Below are positions 9,981 through 18,987 of a stretch of DNA of 64,000 bases, piece by piece. A program made the position numbers and the translations under genes. The stretch covers positions 3,168,001-3,232,000 of the forward strand of contig OY843751.1 of NCBI GenBank assembly GCA_963693055.1, in the 5' to 3' direction. This stretch comes from a bacterium (GTDB taxonomy: Bacteria; Zhuqueibacterota; Zhuqueibacteria; Residuimicrobiales; Krinioviventaceae). Each line of letters opens with the position of its first letter. Position 1 is the stretch's first letter. Below the pieces are notes generated by a model. The model was not told where the DNA came from. It did no database searches and saw only the letters and a program-made list of their open reading frames with translations.

Positions 9981-10220
9981 TCATTTTTTAGATTGCTGCA
10001 AAGACATAATTAAAGATGAATAATCAGCGGTTAGACTTTCATTTGCAGCAATTCGATTTTGTTCTTGTACTTTGAGATATATTTCTTCACGATGAACGGG
10101 AATATGTTTAGGAGCATGTATGCCAATACGTATACTCTTCCCATGGATTTCGAGGATGGAAATGCGTATATCATTTCCAATAGCGATCCCCTCCCCTCGC
10201 TTTCTCGTCAAAATCAACAT
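9981..10220 (-). CDS. csrA: Carbon storage regulator CsrA (FliW-type, C-terminal extension)
   Basis: MLILTRKxGExIxIG...IRIGIx[12 protein letters not shown]...QEQN. Confidence 0.97.
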   Translation of the reverse strand: MLILTRKRGEGIAIGNDIRISILEIHGKSIRIGIHAPKHIPVHREEIYLKVQEQNRIAANESLTADYSSLIMSLQQSKK

Positions 10221-10244
10221 ATGTTTGCCTTCCTTAGCTTTTGT

Positions 10245-10706
10245 TTAGTTTTGGCTTCCTGCCAGTATCGGTTGTTTTAACGAATAATTACTCTCCGATA
10301 ATATAATCTGTTTACCCAATTTCCTTGACGGATTGATAACTATAGGACCTCTTAAATTTGCACTTACATTATGTATGCTTTTACCAACAGTTACAATAAC
10401 AAACAGTTGCCCGCCATTAATATCTTCCAAACCAATACTCTGCAGTTCACGCAATCCCGACTGAGCAATATAATCTTCTTTTACCATCAATGGATCAATA
10501 ATTGGTAATTGCAATGCAGGATCATCAACACAGATTAACCATTGAAATGGTTCAAATCCCTGTTTGTTAAATATAATAAATTTAGATTTATCTTCAAAAC
10601 CTATAATGCCTTCAGGAAATAAAACAATATCAGATTCTGTATATGTCACATCTCCCAGTGTTGTTTTTACATAATACTTTTCCATCACTTGCGATGCCTC
10701 AACCAT
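10245..10706 (-). CDS. fliW: Flagellar assembly factor FliW
   Basis: FPEGIIGFE, PFQWL, SANLRGPIVIN...GKQIIL; between flgL and csrA. Confidence 0.95.
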   Translation of the reverse strand: MVEASQVMEKYYVKTTLGDVTYTESDIVLFPEGIIGFEDKSKFIIFNKQGFEPFQWLICVDDPALQLPIIDPLMVKEDYIAQSGLRELQSIGLEDINGGQLFVIVTVGKSIHNVSANLRGPIVINPSRKLGKQIILSESNYSLKQPILAGSQN

Positions 10707-10737
10707 AGAATTTCAATCTCCATAAATTTCTCGACTA

Positions 10738-11634
10738 TTAGGCCAGATAATCCATAAGACTCATTTGCAGGATACTGGAACTGAATTTCAAGTTTGCCTG
10801 ATAAATCGTGTTCATTTCTTCATAATTTATTAATGCTTCTGCAACATCCGCATCTTCAATTGAAGATTTTAGGCTTATCATTTGCAAATCAAAACCACTC
10901 AATGTTTCTTCTATATTGTTAATATGTTCATATCTTAATCCGGCAACACTTGAAAAACGGGTAATGTCAATTGTAGAATCTTTAACTTTCATATAAGCAT
11001 CTTGAATAGCATCACCATCATTTGCTTCTAATGCGTCTCTTAATTCAATCAAGCTGTCAAAAACACCGTCTTCCCCCATAAATACTTCCTCACCGGAAAA
11101 ATTGATCTGAACATCGTCTCCTTTTGATATCTCACGAAGGTGAACACCATTTATTGCAGTATCATTAGTCATAACAATAGTACCATCTTCTTGTTTTTCA
11201 AATGGAGGTTGATCTACAGCTGTACCACCATATAAATATTTTGAATCATATTCTCTGTTCGCTTCAGCCATTACCCGGTCAATGATATAATCAACCTGGT
11301 CTGCTAATATGCTTCGTGCATCTTCGCCTGTTGAATCTGACGCGCCTTTTAATGCTATTGTAACAGCTTCCTGAAGACTTTCATTAACAGCAGATAATGA
11401 AGCTTCTGTGGATGTTAGAAAACTTTTAGCGTCATCAATGTTTTGTTGATAAATCTCATTCTGTGCTAACAACTGGTTTAATTGAATAACTTTGGCTGTA
11501 CCCGCCGGATCATCTGATGGTTTTTCAATACGTTTCCCTGTAGAATATTGATTATAGTATTTTTGCCGCTGGGTATTGATTGTATTCAGATGCATCATTA
11601 CTGAATTATTTTTTACATTTTGTGTTATGCGCAT
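10738..11634 (-). CDS. flgL: Hook-associated protein FlgL
   Basis: MRITQ, STGKRIEKPSDDP, YLYGG, YQA.L...SLMDYL. Confidence 0.95.
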   Translation of the reverse strand: MRITQNVKNNSVMMHLNTINTQRQKYYNQYSTGKRIEKPSDDPAGTAKVIQLNQLLAQNEIYQQNIDDAKSFLTSTEASLSAVNESLQEAVTIALKGASDSTGEDARSILADQVDYIIDRVMAEANREYDSKYLYGGTAVDQPPFEKQEDGTIVMTNDTAINGVHLREISKGDDVQINFSGEEVFMGEDGVFDSLIELRDALEANDGDAIQDAYMKVKDSTIDITRFSSVAGLRYEHINNIEETLSGFDLQMISLKSSIEDADVAEALINYEEMNTIYQANLKFSSSILQMSLMDYLA

Positions 11635-11646
11635 TTTAGCACCTCA

Positions 11647-13017
11647 TTAAACCATATTGATCAATGTTTCAGATATTTCATCTGCCAGAGTTATCAATTT
11701 TGACGCTGCCTGATAACTACGTTGATACTTTAACAGATCAGTCATTTCTTCATCTAACGAAACACCCGTAATCGATTGTTGATAGGAATATAAATTATCT
11801 GTAAAGATTTCCTGTCCCTCATACAACGTAATGGCTTCTTCTCGTCTATTACCTTCAGTTGCTACAATCTCGGAATAATAATCGGTAAATGTTGAAGTGT
11901 TATCAGCCAGAACTTTGGAATCCTGAAGTTGTGACATTAACAGAGCATTACCACCACTACCAGCCTCTCCATCTCCGGATGCTGCAAGTAATTGATTATT
12001 TGTATAAAGGGATGAATTTAATGCTATTGTATTTGCATCTACACTGTTAACATCAAAAAAGACAACACCTGTACTGCCATCATAACCATAGCCTGCTTTA
12101 TGTTGGGTATTAATAGTATCAACAATAGCTGTTGCCAGATTATCGAGTTTTTCAATATTTTCAGGGATGATGTTTTCACGCAGTTCAATCAAAGCGCCCA
12201 ATTTACCACCTTGAGCGGTTGCACTGGTAGTACCATCAGACCAGTTCATTTCAGCCATATCGCCATCAATTTTTGACGAATCAAGCTGAATGAAATGTGT
12301 TTTTTGCAAAAAGACCTTACCATTTAATGATAAATTTACCTGTCCATCATTATTTTCTTGAATTGAAATATCAGCTATTTCATTCATATTTTCTAAAAGA
12401 ACATCACGTTCATCCAGTAAACTGGAATAGGAACCACTGCGTTTATCGACATAGAGTAATTTCGAGTTAATTTCAGTTATTTGTCGAGCATAATCATTAA
12501 ATTTTTCAATTTCATCACTGATCTCACCAGTAAATTCATTTTCCAAATCAGTCAGGCGTTCATTCAAGCTGTTAAATTTCTTTACCAGTGCATCACTCTG
12601 GTAGATTACATTTTCGCGTAAACTTGAATTTTCGGGAGCATTTGCCAACTCACTCCAGGATTCAAAAAAAGAATTCATTATATTTGAAAGACCGGTTTCA
12701 CCAGGCTCTTCATATATTTGTTCTATTAAAAGATGTTTTGATTCCATGGTAGACCAATAATTGAGAGTCTGTCTTTGCAAAGAGAGCTGACTGTCAATAA
12801 AACGGTTTCTTACACGAGCCACTTCATTAATGGTAACACCAGAACCTATCTGCAGTCCATTTCCCATATAATTAACTGAAGCTTCAAAATTTGTAACCTT
12901 TCGGGAATAGCCTTCAGTATTAGCATTGGCAATATTCTGGCCTGTAGTATTTAAAGCCGATTGACTAGCAGCCAAAGCACTTTTGCCAATTTCAAATATA
13001 TTATTCAGACCTGCCAC
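11647..13017 (-). CDS. flgK: Hook-associated protein FlgK
   Basis: NIANANTEGYSR; GVSLDEEMTDL..YQRSYQA. Confidence 0.96.
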   Translation of the reverse strand: MAGLNNIFEIGKSALAASQSALNTTGQNIANANTEGYSRKVTNFEASVNYMGNGLQIGSGVTINEVARVRNRFIDSQLSLQRQTLNYWSTMESKHLLIEQIYEEPGETGLSNIMNSFFESWSELANAPENSSLRENVIYQSDALVKKFNSLNERLTDLENEFTGEISDEIEKFNDYARQITEINSKLLYVDKRSGSYSSLLDERDVLLENMNEIADISIQENNDGQVNLSLNGKVFLQKTHFIQLDSSKIDGDMAEMNWSDGTTSATAQGGKLGALIELRENIIPENIEKLDNLATAIVDTINTQHKAGYGYDGSTGVVFFDVNSVDANTIALNSSLYTNNQLLAASGDGEAGSGGNALLMSQLQDSKVLADNTSTFTDYYSEIVATEGNRREEAITLYEGQEIFTDNLYSYQQSITGVSLDEEMTDLLKYQRSYQAASKLITLADEISETLINMV

Positions 13018-13031
13018 TCATAAACCTCAAA

Positions 13032-13565
13032 TTAGATGGTTTTTGTCAAGGTTGGTAATTTCACCTGTTTACCAAACTTGTTACTGTTACCATGATAATC
13101 GTATTGACCAAATTCACTGTATATCAGTTCCAAATTTTTATTTACAAAATCTAACGATTTGTTCAATAGATAATGATTCAGTTGATTTGTACTTTTTATT
13201 TTTTGCAATGTATCAAGCAGACTTTGTCTCAATTCCTGCAAACGATTTACATACTGTCTCTTGCAGATTGGAATGACCTGTTCTATAGATTGCAATTCTT
13301 TACTTGGCCTAATATGTTTCGAAAGTTCTGTCAACTTTTCAATCCGTTTTAAAGATGCAGTTTGTGCTTCTGCCATATATTGTTCAGCATCATCAGTTAA
13401 TTCAGTCATTTGCAAAACATCTCTATCAATAATAGCAAACTTTTGAACTTCAAGTTTATTCAATAAACTTTTATATGCACGGACCTCAACTTGAATTAAG
13501 GCAATAAACTCCTCAACCCAGGAATCTTGCAAATCATTATAAATATTTTCTACGACTGTTCCCAT
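13032..13565 (-). CDS. flgN: Export chaperone FlgN
   Basis: Helical, NQLNHYLLNKSLDFV motif; immediately upstream of flgK. Confidence 0.8.
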   Translation of the reverse strand: MGTVVENIYNDLQDSWVEEFIALIQVEVRAYKSLLNKLEVQKFAIIDRDVLQMTELTDDAEQYMAEAQTASLKRIEKLTELSKHIRPSKELQSIEQVIPICKRQYVNRLQELRQSLLDTLQKIKSTNQLNHYLLNKSLDFVNKNLELIYSEFGQYDYHGNSNKFGKQVKLPTLTKTI

Positions 13566-13580
13566 TTTTTCTATTCCTGG

Positions 13581-14393
13581 TTAAACTTCACCAAGCCGCT
13601 TATTAAATGTATCGGCATAATTTTGTACTTTTTTAATATAATTTTGTGTTTCTTTGAACGGAGGTACACCACCGTAGCGTTTTACGTTACCTGGACCCGC
13701 GTTATAAGCGGCTAATGCCAGATCTACATCTCCGTCAAACCTGTCAAGTTGCTCTTTAAGATATTTAACTCCACCTTCAATATTCTGATGCGGATCAAAA
13801 GAATTTTTAACACCCATTTCATTGGCTGTACCATCCATTAACTGCATTAATCCTTTTGCTCCGACATGAGACTCGGCATTAGGATCTCCTGCAGATTCCT
13901 GAGCTATAACACCATAAATCAAATTTTCAGGAACATCATATTTTTGAGAAGCTTTTTCAATTGTAGATTTAAATTGCTCAATCTTTTCAAAAATAGGTAA
14001 ATTGGATAACTTTTTATATTCTGCATTAATAATATTTTTTAAAGAAACGGGTTGTTTCAAGGTTAATTCATTTGAATTTTCATTATGTCCCAAATCCCTT
14101 TGAGCAAGCTCCCGATATAAAATTTCACCAATCCCCATTCCTCCCGCACTTGCCATTTCCTTAGACATCTCGGTATCAAACAAATTCTGATACATATCAG
14201 CACCAAGTCCATCACCCATCAACGAAGAATCGTCAATGGTTTCGCGCATGGATGAAAGCATTTTCTGCAAAAAGATAGATTCAAAATCAGCACAAACTTT
14301 ACGAAGATGTTTTAATTTAGCATCTGTATCATTCGCATTATTGTTTGATTCTACCGGCGAAAACAAATTATTATTAACGGGTGTAAAACTCAT
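13581..14393 (-). CDS. flgJ: FlgJ rod-binding domain fused to a lytic transglycosylase (SLT/GH23) domain
   Basis: N: LRKVCADFESIFLQKML.SMR, GGMGIGE; C: QESAG, GAKGLMQLM, ALAAYNAGPG, ETQNY. Confidence 0.88.
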   Translation of the reverse strand: MSFTPVNNNLFSPVESNNNANDTDAKLKHLRKVCADFESIFLQKMLSSMRETIDDSSLMGDGLGADMYQNLFDTEMSKEMASAGGMGIGEILYRELAQRDLGHNENSNELTLKQPVSLKNIINAEYKKLSNLPIFEKIEQFKSTIEKASQKYDVPENLIYGVIAQESAGDPNAESHVGAKGLMQLMDGTANEMGVKNSFDPHQNIEGGVKYLKEQLDRFDGDVDLALAAYNAGPGNVKRYGGVPPFKETQNYIKKVQNYADTFNKRLGEV

Positions 14394-14403
14394 ATCATTA
14401 TCT

Positions 14404-15519
14404 TTACATTATTACCAATTCTGCCTGCAATGCTCCGGCTCCTTTCAAAGCCTGAAAGATTGAAATAATATCTCTTGGTGTTACCTGTAAATTATTAAGC
14501 ATTGCTGCGAGATCATTTACATTTGCCATATTGTCTAAAACGGCTACGGTACCTGCACCGTCTTCTATCACTTGGGTTTGAGTTTGTGGAACAACTACTG
14601 TATTACCACCAGAAAACGGAGGTGGTTGAGAAACAATAGGATTCGATGCAATTCGTATCGTTAAATTTCCATGAGCAACAGCCACAGGTGATAATCTAAC
14701 ATTACTACCAACAACAACTGTACCAGTTCTTTCATTAATTACAACTTTGGCCATTTGATCGGCTTCAATATCCAATCCTTCTATTCTTGCGATTGTCGCA
14801 ACAGTCTGTGCAGGATCTTGCATACGTAATTCAACCCGACCAGGATCTTTAGCAGCTGCTTGTTGAGAACCCAATTCACTATTAATTGCTTCTGCAATTC
14901 GTGTAGCCGATGTAAAATCCGGCTCGCGCAGCAAAAGTTCAAGTACAGGTACTTGAGAAAAATCAAAACTTACTTCACGGGCAATCATTGCTCCATTGGG
15001 TACACGACCAACCAATGCAAAATTCTTACGATACTTTTCTCCACTGGCTGTTTCGATATTAAAACCACCAATACTCAAAGGTCCTTGAGCATTTGCATAA
15101 ACCTGTTTATCTGGCCCCATTAGTGGGGTTGGTAACAAAGTACCCCCTTCAAGACTGGAAGCATCTCCAATAGAAGAAACCAAAACGTCGACTTTGCTTC
15201 CATGCTGTGCAAATGGAGAAACTTTGGCTGTTACCATAACAGAAGCAACATTGCGCAGATTCAAGTTTTTATCTGGCAGATTCATACCAAATTTATTCAT
15301 CATATTTTTGACTGCCTGAATTGTCATTTCAGAACGTCGGGAGTCACCACTTCCATCGAGGCCAACAACCAGACTATAGCCAATCAACTGCTGATCCTGT
15401 AAACCCTTAATATCTACCATATCTTTAATGCGTGCAGCCAGTAAAAATGAGGGTAATAAAAGCAGTATGGCAATATAAACAAAATATGATTCAATGCTAT
15501 TTTTCAAGATCATAATCAA
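14404..15519 (-). CDS. flgI: P-ring protein FlgI
   Basis: RIKD, LIGY.LVVGL.GSGD, SSIGDA.SLEGG, INERTGTVV, GALQAEL. Confidence 0.97.
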   Translation of the reverse strand: MIMILKNSIESYFVYIAILLLLPSFLLAARIKDMVDIKGLQDQQLIGYSLVVGLDGSGDSRRSEMTIQAVKNMMNKFGMNLPDKNLNLRNVASVMVTAKVSPFAQHGSKVDVLVSSIGDASSLEGGTLLPTPLMGPDKQVYANAQGPLSIGGFNIETASGEKYRKNFALVGRVPNGAMIAREVSFDFSQVPVLELLLREPDFTSATRIAEAINSELGSQQAAAKDPGRVELRMQDPAQTVATIARIEGLDIEADQMAKVVINERTGTVVVGSNVRLSPVAVAHGNLTIRIASNPIVSQPPPFSGGNTVVVPQTQTQVIEDGAGTVAVLDNMANVNDLAAMLNNLQVTPRDIISIFQALKGAGALQAELVIM

Positions 15520-15526
15520 CTCCAGA

Positions 15527-16111
15527 TTAAAATAACCAACCTAAAAACCTACCAAAGAATCCTGGTTTTTGACCGCTATCAACCATTCCTTTTCCCTGAT
15601 ACGAAATTTTAGCATCACCAATATTTACAGATAAAATCGTATTATCACTGTTAATATCCTGGGGACGGATAATACCTGAAATGGTAATTCTTTCTTTCTC
15701 ACCATTTACAATAACTTCACGTTCACCCTTTATTATAAAATTACCATTACCGGTAACATCCGTAATGGATGCTGTAATATTACCGGTTAAACTTCCTTTA
15801 CGTGAAGTTTCAGCATCATTGTCATAATTATTTTTTGTTTGACCATTAAGGCCAAACAATGGCATATATGTCGAGGAACCGGTTCCACCGGTCATTGTCA
15901 TACCTTTGTTATTTGTTCTTTTATTAGAACTGTTGGCTTGACTTTTAGCACTTGATTGTTCAATGATCAAAACGGTTATTATGTCTCCAACTTTGTATGC
16001 CTTGTGATCAGTAAATAAGGATTGAGCCGAATAGCTATTTTGCGCCCAAACCATATTGCTAAACAGAATCAACACAGCAAATAAAACGGATATTACTTTT
16101 AAAGACTTCAT
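15527..16111 (-). CDS. flgH: L-ring protein FlgH
   Basis: SLFTDHKA.KVGDIITV.I.E, GIIRPQDI..DNTI.S; between flgA and flgI. Confidence 0.93.
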   Translation of the reverse strand: MKSLKVISVLFAVLILFSNMVWAQNSYSAQSLFTDHKAYKVGDIITVLIIEQSSAKSQANSSNKRTNNKGMTMTGGTGSSTYMPLFGLNGQTKNNYDNDAETSRKGSLTGNITASITDVTGNGNFIIKGEREVIVNGEKERITISGIIRPQDINSDNTILSVNIGDAKISYQGKGMVDSGQKPGFFGRFLGWLF

Positions 16112-16114
16112 GGC

Positions 16115-16843
16115 TTATCTCTTGTTTGTTTTAAAAATAACAATTGACGAATTCTGTATTTCAGCATAATAGTACTTGTTACTCATTGCATCTCTGACTT
16201 TAATTATATCTCCGGGTGCACCTTTACCCTGACAAATTACAGGTATAGTCAAAGAAATATTCTTGTTCACAACGCTCATATTTACCTGATCACCACGCTT
16301 TATAACGGGTACTGTTTCAACCATAGATTCCATAAGTACACGTCCTTGCGGAATATATCGTTTGGTACGTTGACCCACGGCCTTTTTTAATGAAACTGGT
16401 GAATCGTTTCCTCGCCAAGTCACCTCTACATATTGAATAGCAAGATCAGCTTTGCTTATAATATGGTATCGGTCTACAGGTTTTTTCAAAACCGGCACAT
16501 TTGTAAACCGTGAAATATCGGCAACCACTTGAAAAGATTCATCACTACTTTTTTCTTTATATGAAAAAGTAAATACTGTTTTACCGGTAATTAATCCCTG
16601 CTTTCGACACGATACTCTTACCGGAGCTTGAATTATATTATCATGAGATACTGAATTAAAATTCACTTTAATTTTACTATCTGATTCTGAAACATTCCTA
16701 CTAGATAGAAACGTGTAAATTTCAGTTTCAATCCATGCTATTGTTTTTGCATCCGGTTTTGCATATACAGTTATAGAAAATACCAGAATCAGAAACAGAT
16801 ATTTTAAAAAAAGTTTTATTTTTGTCGGCATCATATTAAGCAT
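16115..16843 (-). CDS. flgA: P-ring assembly chaperone FlgA
   Basis: Signal peptide, SAF-like region, PVIKRGDQV, G..GDIIKV; synteny. Confidence 0.85.
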   Translation of the reverse strand: MLNMMPTKIKLFLKYLFLILVFSITVYAKPDAKTIAWIETEIYTFLSSRNVSESDSKIKVNFNSVSHDNIIQAPVRVSCRKQGLITGKTVFTFSYKEKSSDESFQVVADISRFTNVPVLKKPVDRYHIISKADLAIQYVEVTWRGNDSPVSLKKAVGQRTKRYIPQGRVLMESMVETVPVIKRGDQVNMSVVNKNISLTIPVICQGKGAPGDIIKVRDAMSNKYYYAEIQNSSIVIFKTNKR

Positions 16844-16849
16844 TATAAA

Positions 16850-17638
16850 TCAAGATTTTAAATTATTCACCAGTGCCATCATATCATCACTGGTTTGAAT
16901 TGCTTTGGAATTTAATTCATACGCGCGTTGCGCAACAATCATATTTACCATTTCTTCAACAACTTCAACATTAGAACTTTCGATATAGCCTTGATTCAGT
17001 CCACCAAAACCATCAAGTTCGGGTACACCAATTATAGGTTCCCCGGAAGCACCTGTTGGCATTAAAAGGTTTCTACCAATATTTTTGAGTCCTGCAGGAT
17101 TTATAAATCTTGCAAGCTCGAGTTGACCAATCTCTTGTGATTGAGTGGAATTTGAAAGTTCAACAGAAACAATACCATCACGGCTTATACTGATACTTTG
17201 TGTATCAGATGGAATTGTAATGTTGGGTTCCAGATAGTATCCATCAGAGTTTACAAGCTGTCCATCACTCGATATTTTCAACGTTCCATCGCGAGAATAA
17301 CCAATGGTACCATCGGTCATTCTGAATTGAAAAAAACCATCGCCTTCAATTGCGAGATCCAGAGAATTGCCTGTCTGGGTAACATCACCCTGTGTAAAGA
17401 GTTTAGCAGTTGAAACAGGTTTTGTTCCACAACCAACCTGTAACTCTGTAGGATTTTGAATACCTTCACCGGTAAAGGAACCAGCAGGACGAATCGTTTG
17501 GTACAATAAATCCTGAAATTCAACTTTACTCTTTTTAAAACCGGTAGTATTCACGTTCGCCAGGTTATTGGCGATTGTATCAATATATAACTGCTGAGCA
17601 TGCATTCCCGATGCGGCAGTTCTTAGTGCTTTATCCAT
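16850..17638 (-). CDS. flgG: Distal rod protein FlgG
   Basis: IANNLANVNTTGFKK..FQDLLYQ; SNVEVVEEMVNMIVAQRAYELNSK. Confidence 0.98.
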   Translation of the reverse strand: MDKALRTAASGMHAQQLYIDTIANNLANVNTTGFKKSKVEFQDLLYQTIRPAGSFTGEGIQNPTELQVGCGTKPVSTAKLFTQGDVTQTGNSLDLAIEGDGFFQFRMTDGTIGYSRDGTLKISSDGQLVNSDGYYLEPNITIPSDTQSISISRDGIVSVELSNSTQSQEIGQLELARFINPAGLKNIGRNLLMPTGASGEPIIGVPELDGFGGLNQGYIESSNVEVVEEMVNMIVAQRAYELNSKAIQTSDDMMALVNNLKS

Positions 17639-17658
17639 AAATCAACTCCAAATCAATA

Positions 17659-18363
17659 TTATACCCTGCCAACATCATTAACTGCTTTATCAAGAGAATC
17701 ATCTTGGGTAGTTAATGCACGTTGATTGGCTTCAAAATGACGATATACCTCAATCATATTAACCATTTCTTCCAAGGTATTCACATTTGAACTTTCAACA
17801 AATCCTGCTTTTACTTTGACATCCTCATTGGTAGGACGAACAAAAGCATCTTCAGAAGCTTTGAAATAACCTTCGCCCACTCTTTTCAACATATTAGGAT
17901 CATCAACCTGAACAATAGCAAGATAATCTATAATACTATCATCTACCATTATAGCACCATCTTCTTGAACAGTAAAACCTTCATCAAGCAAAATGGGTCC
18001 GCCTTCGCCCATAACCAGATCTCCAGATGTAGTTGCAAGATACCCATCATCAGTCAAAGTAAAATTCCCTTGTCTGGTAAAATAGGTTTCAGCACCGCTT
18101 TGAACAGTAAAGAATCCATTCCCTACCAGAGCCATGGATAAGGGATTTCCGGTTTCGCGCAATTCTCCTTGAGTAAAATCAACCTGATCAAGTGGAGTTG
18201 CTTCTTGTGCAGGAAAACGACTAGCCTGCTCAAGGGTTTGACTGAAAACAACGCTTCTCTTAAAACCTACACTATTAGCGTTTGCAAGATTATTTGCAAT
18301 AACATCTAGCGATCTTGCATTTGTTTCCAAACCATTGTGGGAGTATATCATACTTTTTAACAA
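17659..18363 (-). CDS. flgF: Proximal rod protein FlgF
   Basis: IANNLANAN..GFK, TGNPL..AL.G.GFF, ESSNVN...EMV.MI; TTG start behind AGGAG. Confidence 0.9.
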   Translation of the reverse strand: MLKSMIYSHNGLETNARSLDVIANNLANANSVGFKRSVVFSQTLEQASRFPAQEATPLDQVDFTQGELRETGNPLSMALVGNGFFTVQSGAETYFTRQGNFTLTDDGYLATTSGDLVMGEGGPILLDEGFTVQEDGAIMVDDSIIDYLAIVQVDDPNMLKRVGEGYFKASEDAFVRPTNEDVKVKAGFVESSNVNTLEEMVNMIEVYRHFEANQRALTTQDDSLDKAVNDVGRV

Positions 18364-18387
18364 AACACTCTCTCCTTTACTGTCGGA

Positions 18388-18777
18388 TTAAAAAATTGCT
18401 TTTCCGGCAATTGCATTTCTTACTACTCGAATCAGATCACGTGTATCATAGGGCATGGGAAAAAAAGAATCGTAACCTGCACTTTTACATTCTTCACAAC
18501 CATATACAGTATTAAATGAGGTCATGGCAATTACTCGAGTTTTGGGATTATGCTCTTTAATAACCTGACAAATTGCTTTACCATCAACAATGTTATCTTG
18601 AATATCTAAAAAGACAGCATAATAATTATTTTTCTGCCCCAACTCTAGACCACTGTCTGTTGAAAATGCAGTATCAACAAAATACCCTTCATCACGAAAA
18701 GTTAATTGTAAAAGTTTGCATTTATCCCTGTCAGGAATTACAACAAGAATATTTTCAGCCATTTGAGTTGTCCTCAT
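18388..18777 (-). CDS. Single-domain atypical receiver protein (start probably 18762)
   Basis: REC pattern with AVFLD and IAMTS, but VVIPD instead of VVDD and PMPY instead of xKPF. Confidence 0.8.
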   Translation of the reverse strand: MRTTQMAENILVVIPDRDKCKLLQLTFRDEGYFVDTAFSTDSGLELGQKNNYYAVFLDIQDNIVDGKAICQVIKEHNPKTRVIAMTSFNTVYGCEECKSAGYDSFFPMPYDTRDLIRVVRNAIAGKAIF

Positions 18778-18812
18778 TTTTCATCATAATAAAAAATAAC
18801 TAAATGAGTCAA

Positions 18813-18828
18813 ATCAAATAGCATGCCA
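18813..18828 (-). promoter_or_regulatory. sigma54 promoter upstream of the RR-flgF operon
   Basis: TGGCATGCTATTTGAT (-24 GG, -12 TTGA variant), about 35 nt upstream of the ORF. Confidence 0.65.
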
Positions 18829-18872
18829 CTCGCCTATTTTTTTTGTTTATAAAAAACAAACACTTAGGCGAG
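18829..18872. repeat. Inverted repeat abutting the sigma54 -24 box
   Basis: CTCGCCTA...TAGGCGAG outer arms with inner TTTGTTT/AAACAAA. Confidence 0.6.
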
Positions 18873-18908
18873 CCAAAAACATTTTATTTTGGATATTATT
18901 TTAATAGA

Positions 18909-18943
18909 GGGAAATATTTACCGGTTTTGGGTTCAATCTTACC
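18909..18943. promoter_or_regulatory. Candidate enhancer (UAS) pair for the sigma54 activator
   Basis: GGGAAATATTTACC and GGTTCAATCTTACC, 21 bp apart, starting 81 bp upstream of the promoter. Confidence 0.55.
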
Positions 18944-18960
18944 TTTAACCTAATTAATAT

Positions 18961-18987
18961 ATATCGGCAGAAATTATAAAAACTTAA
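18961..18987 (-). promoter_or_regulatory. sigma28 promoter upstream of the RR-flgF...flgKL-fliW-csrA operon
   Basis: TTAAGTTT-N11-GCCGATAT; -35 overlaps the cheB stop codon. Confidence 0.75.
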
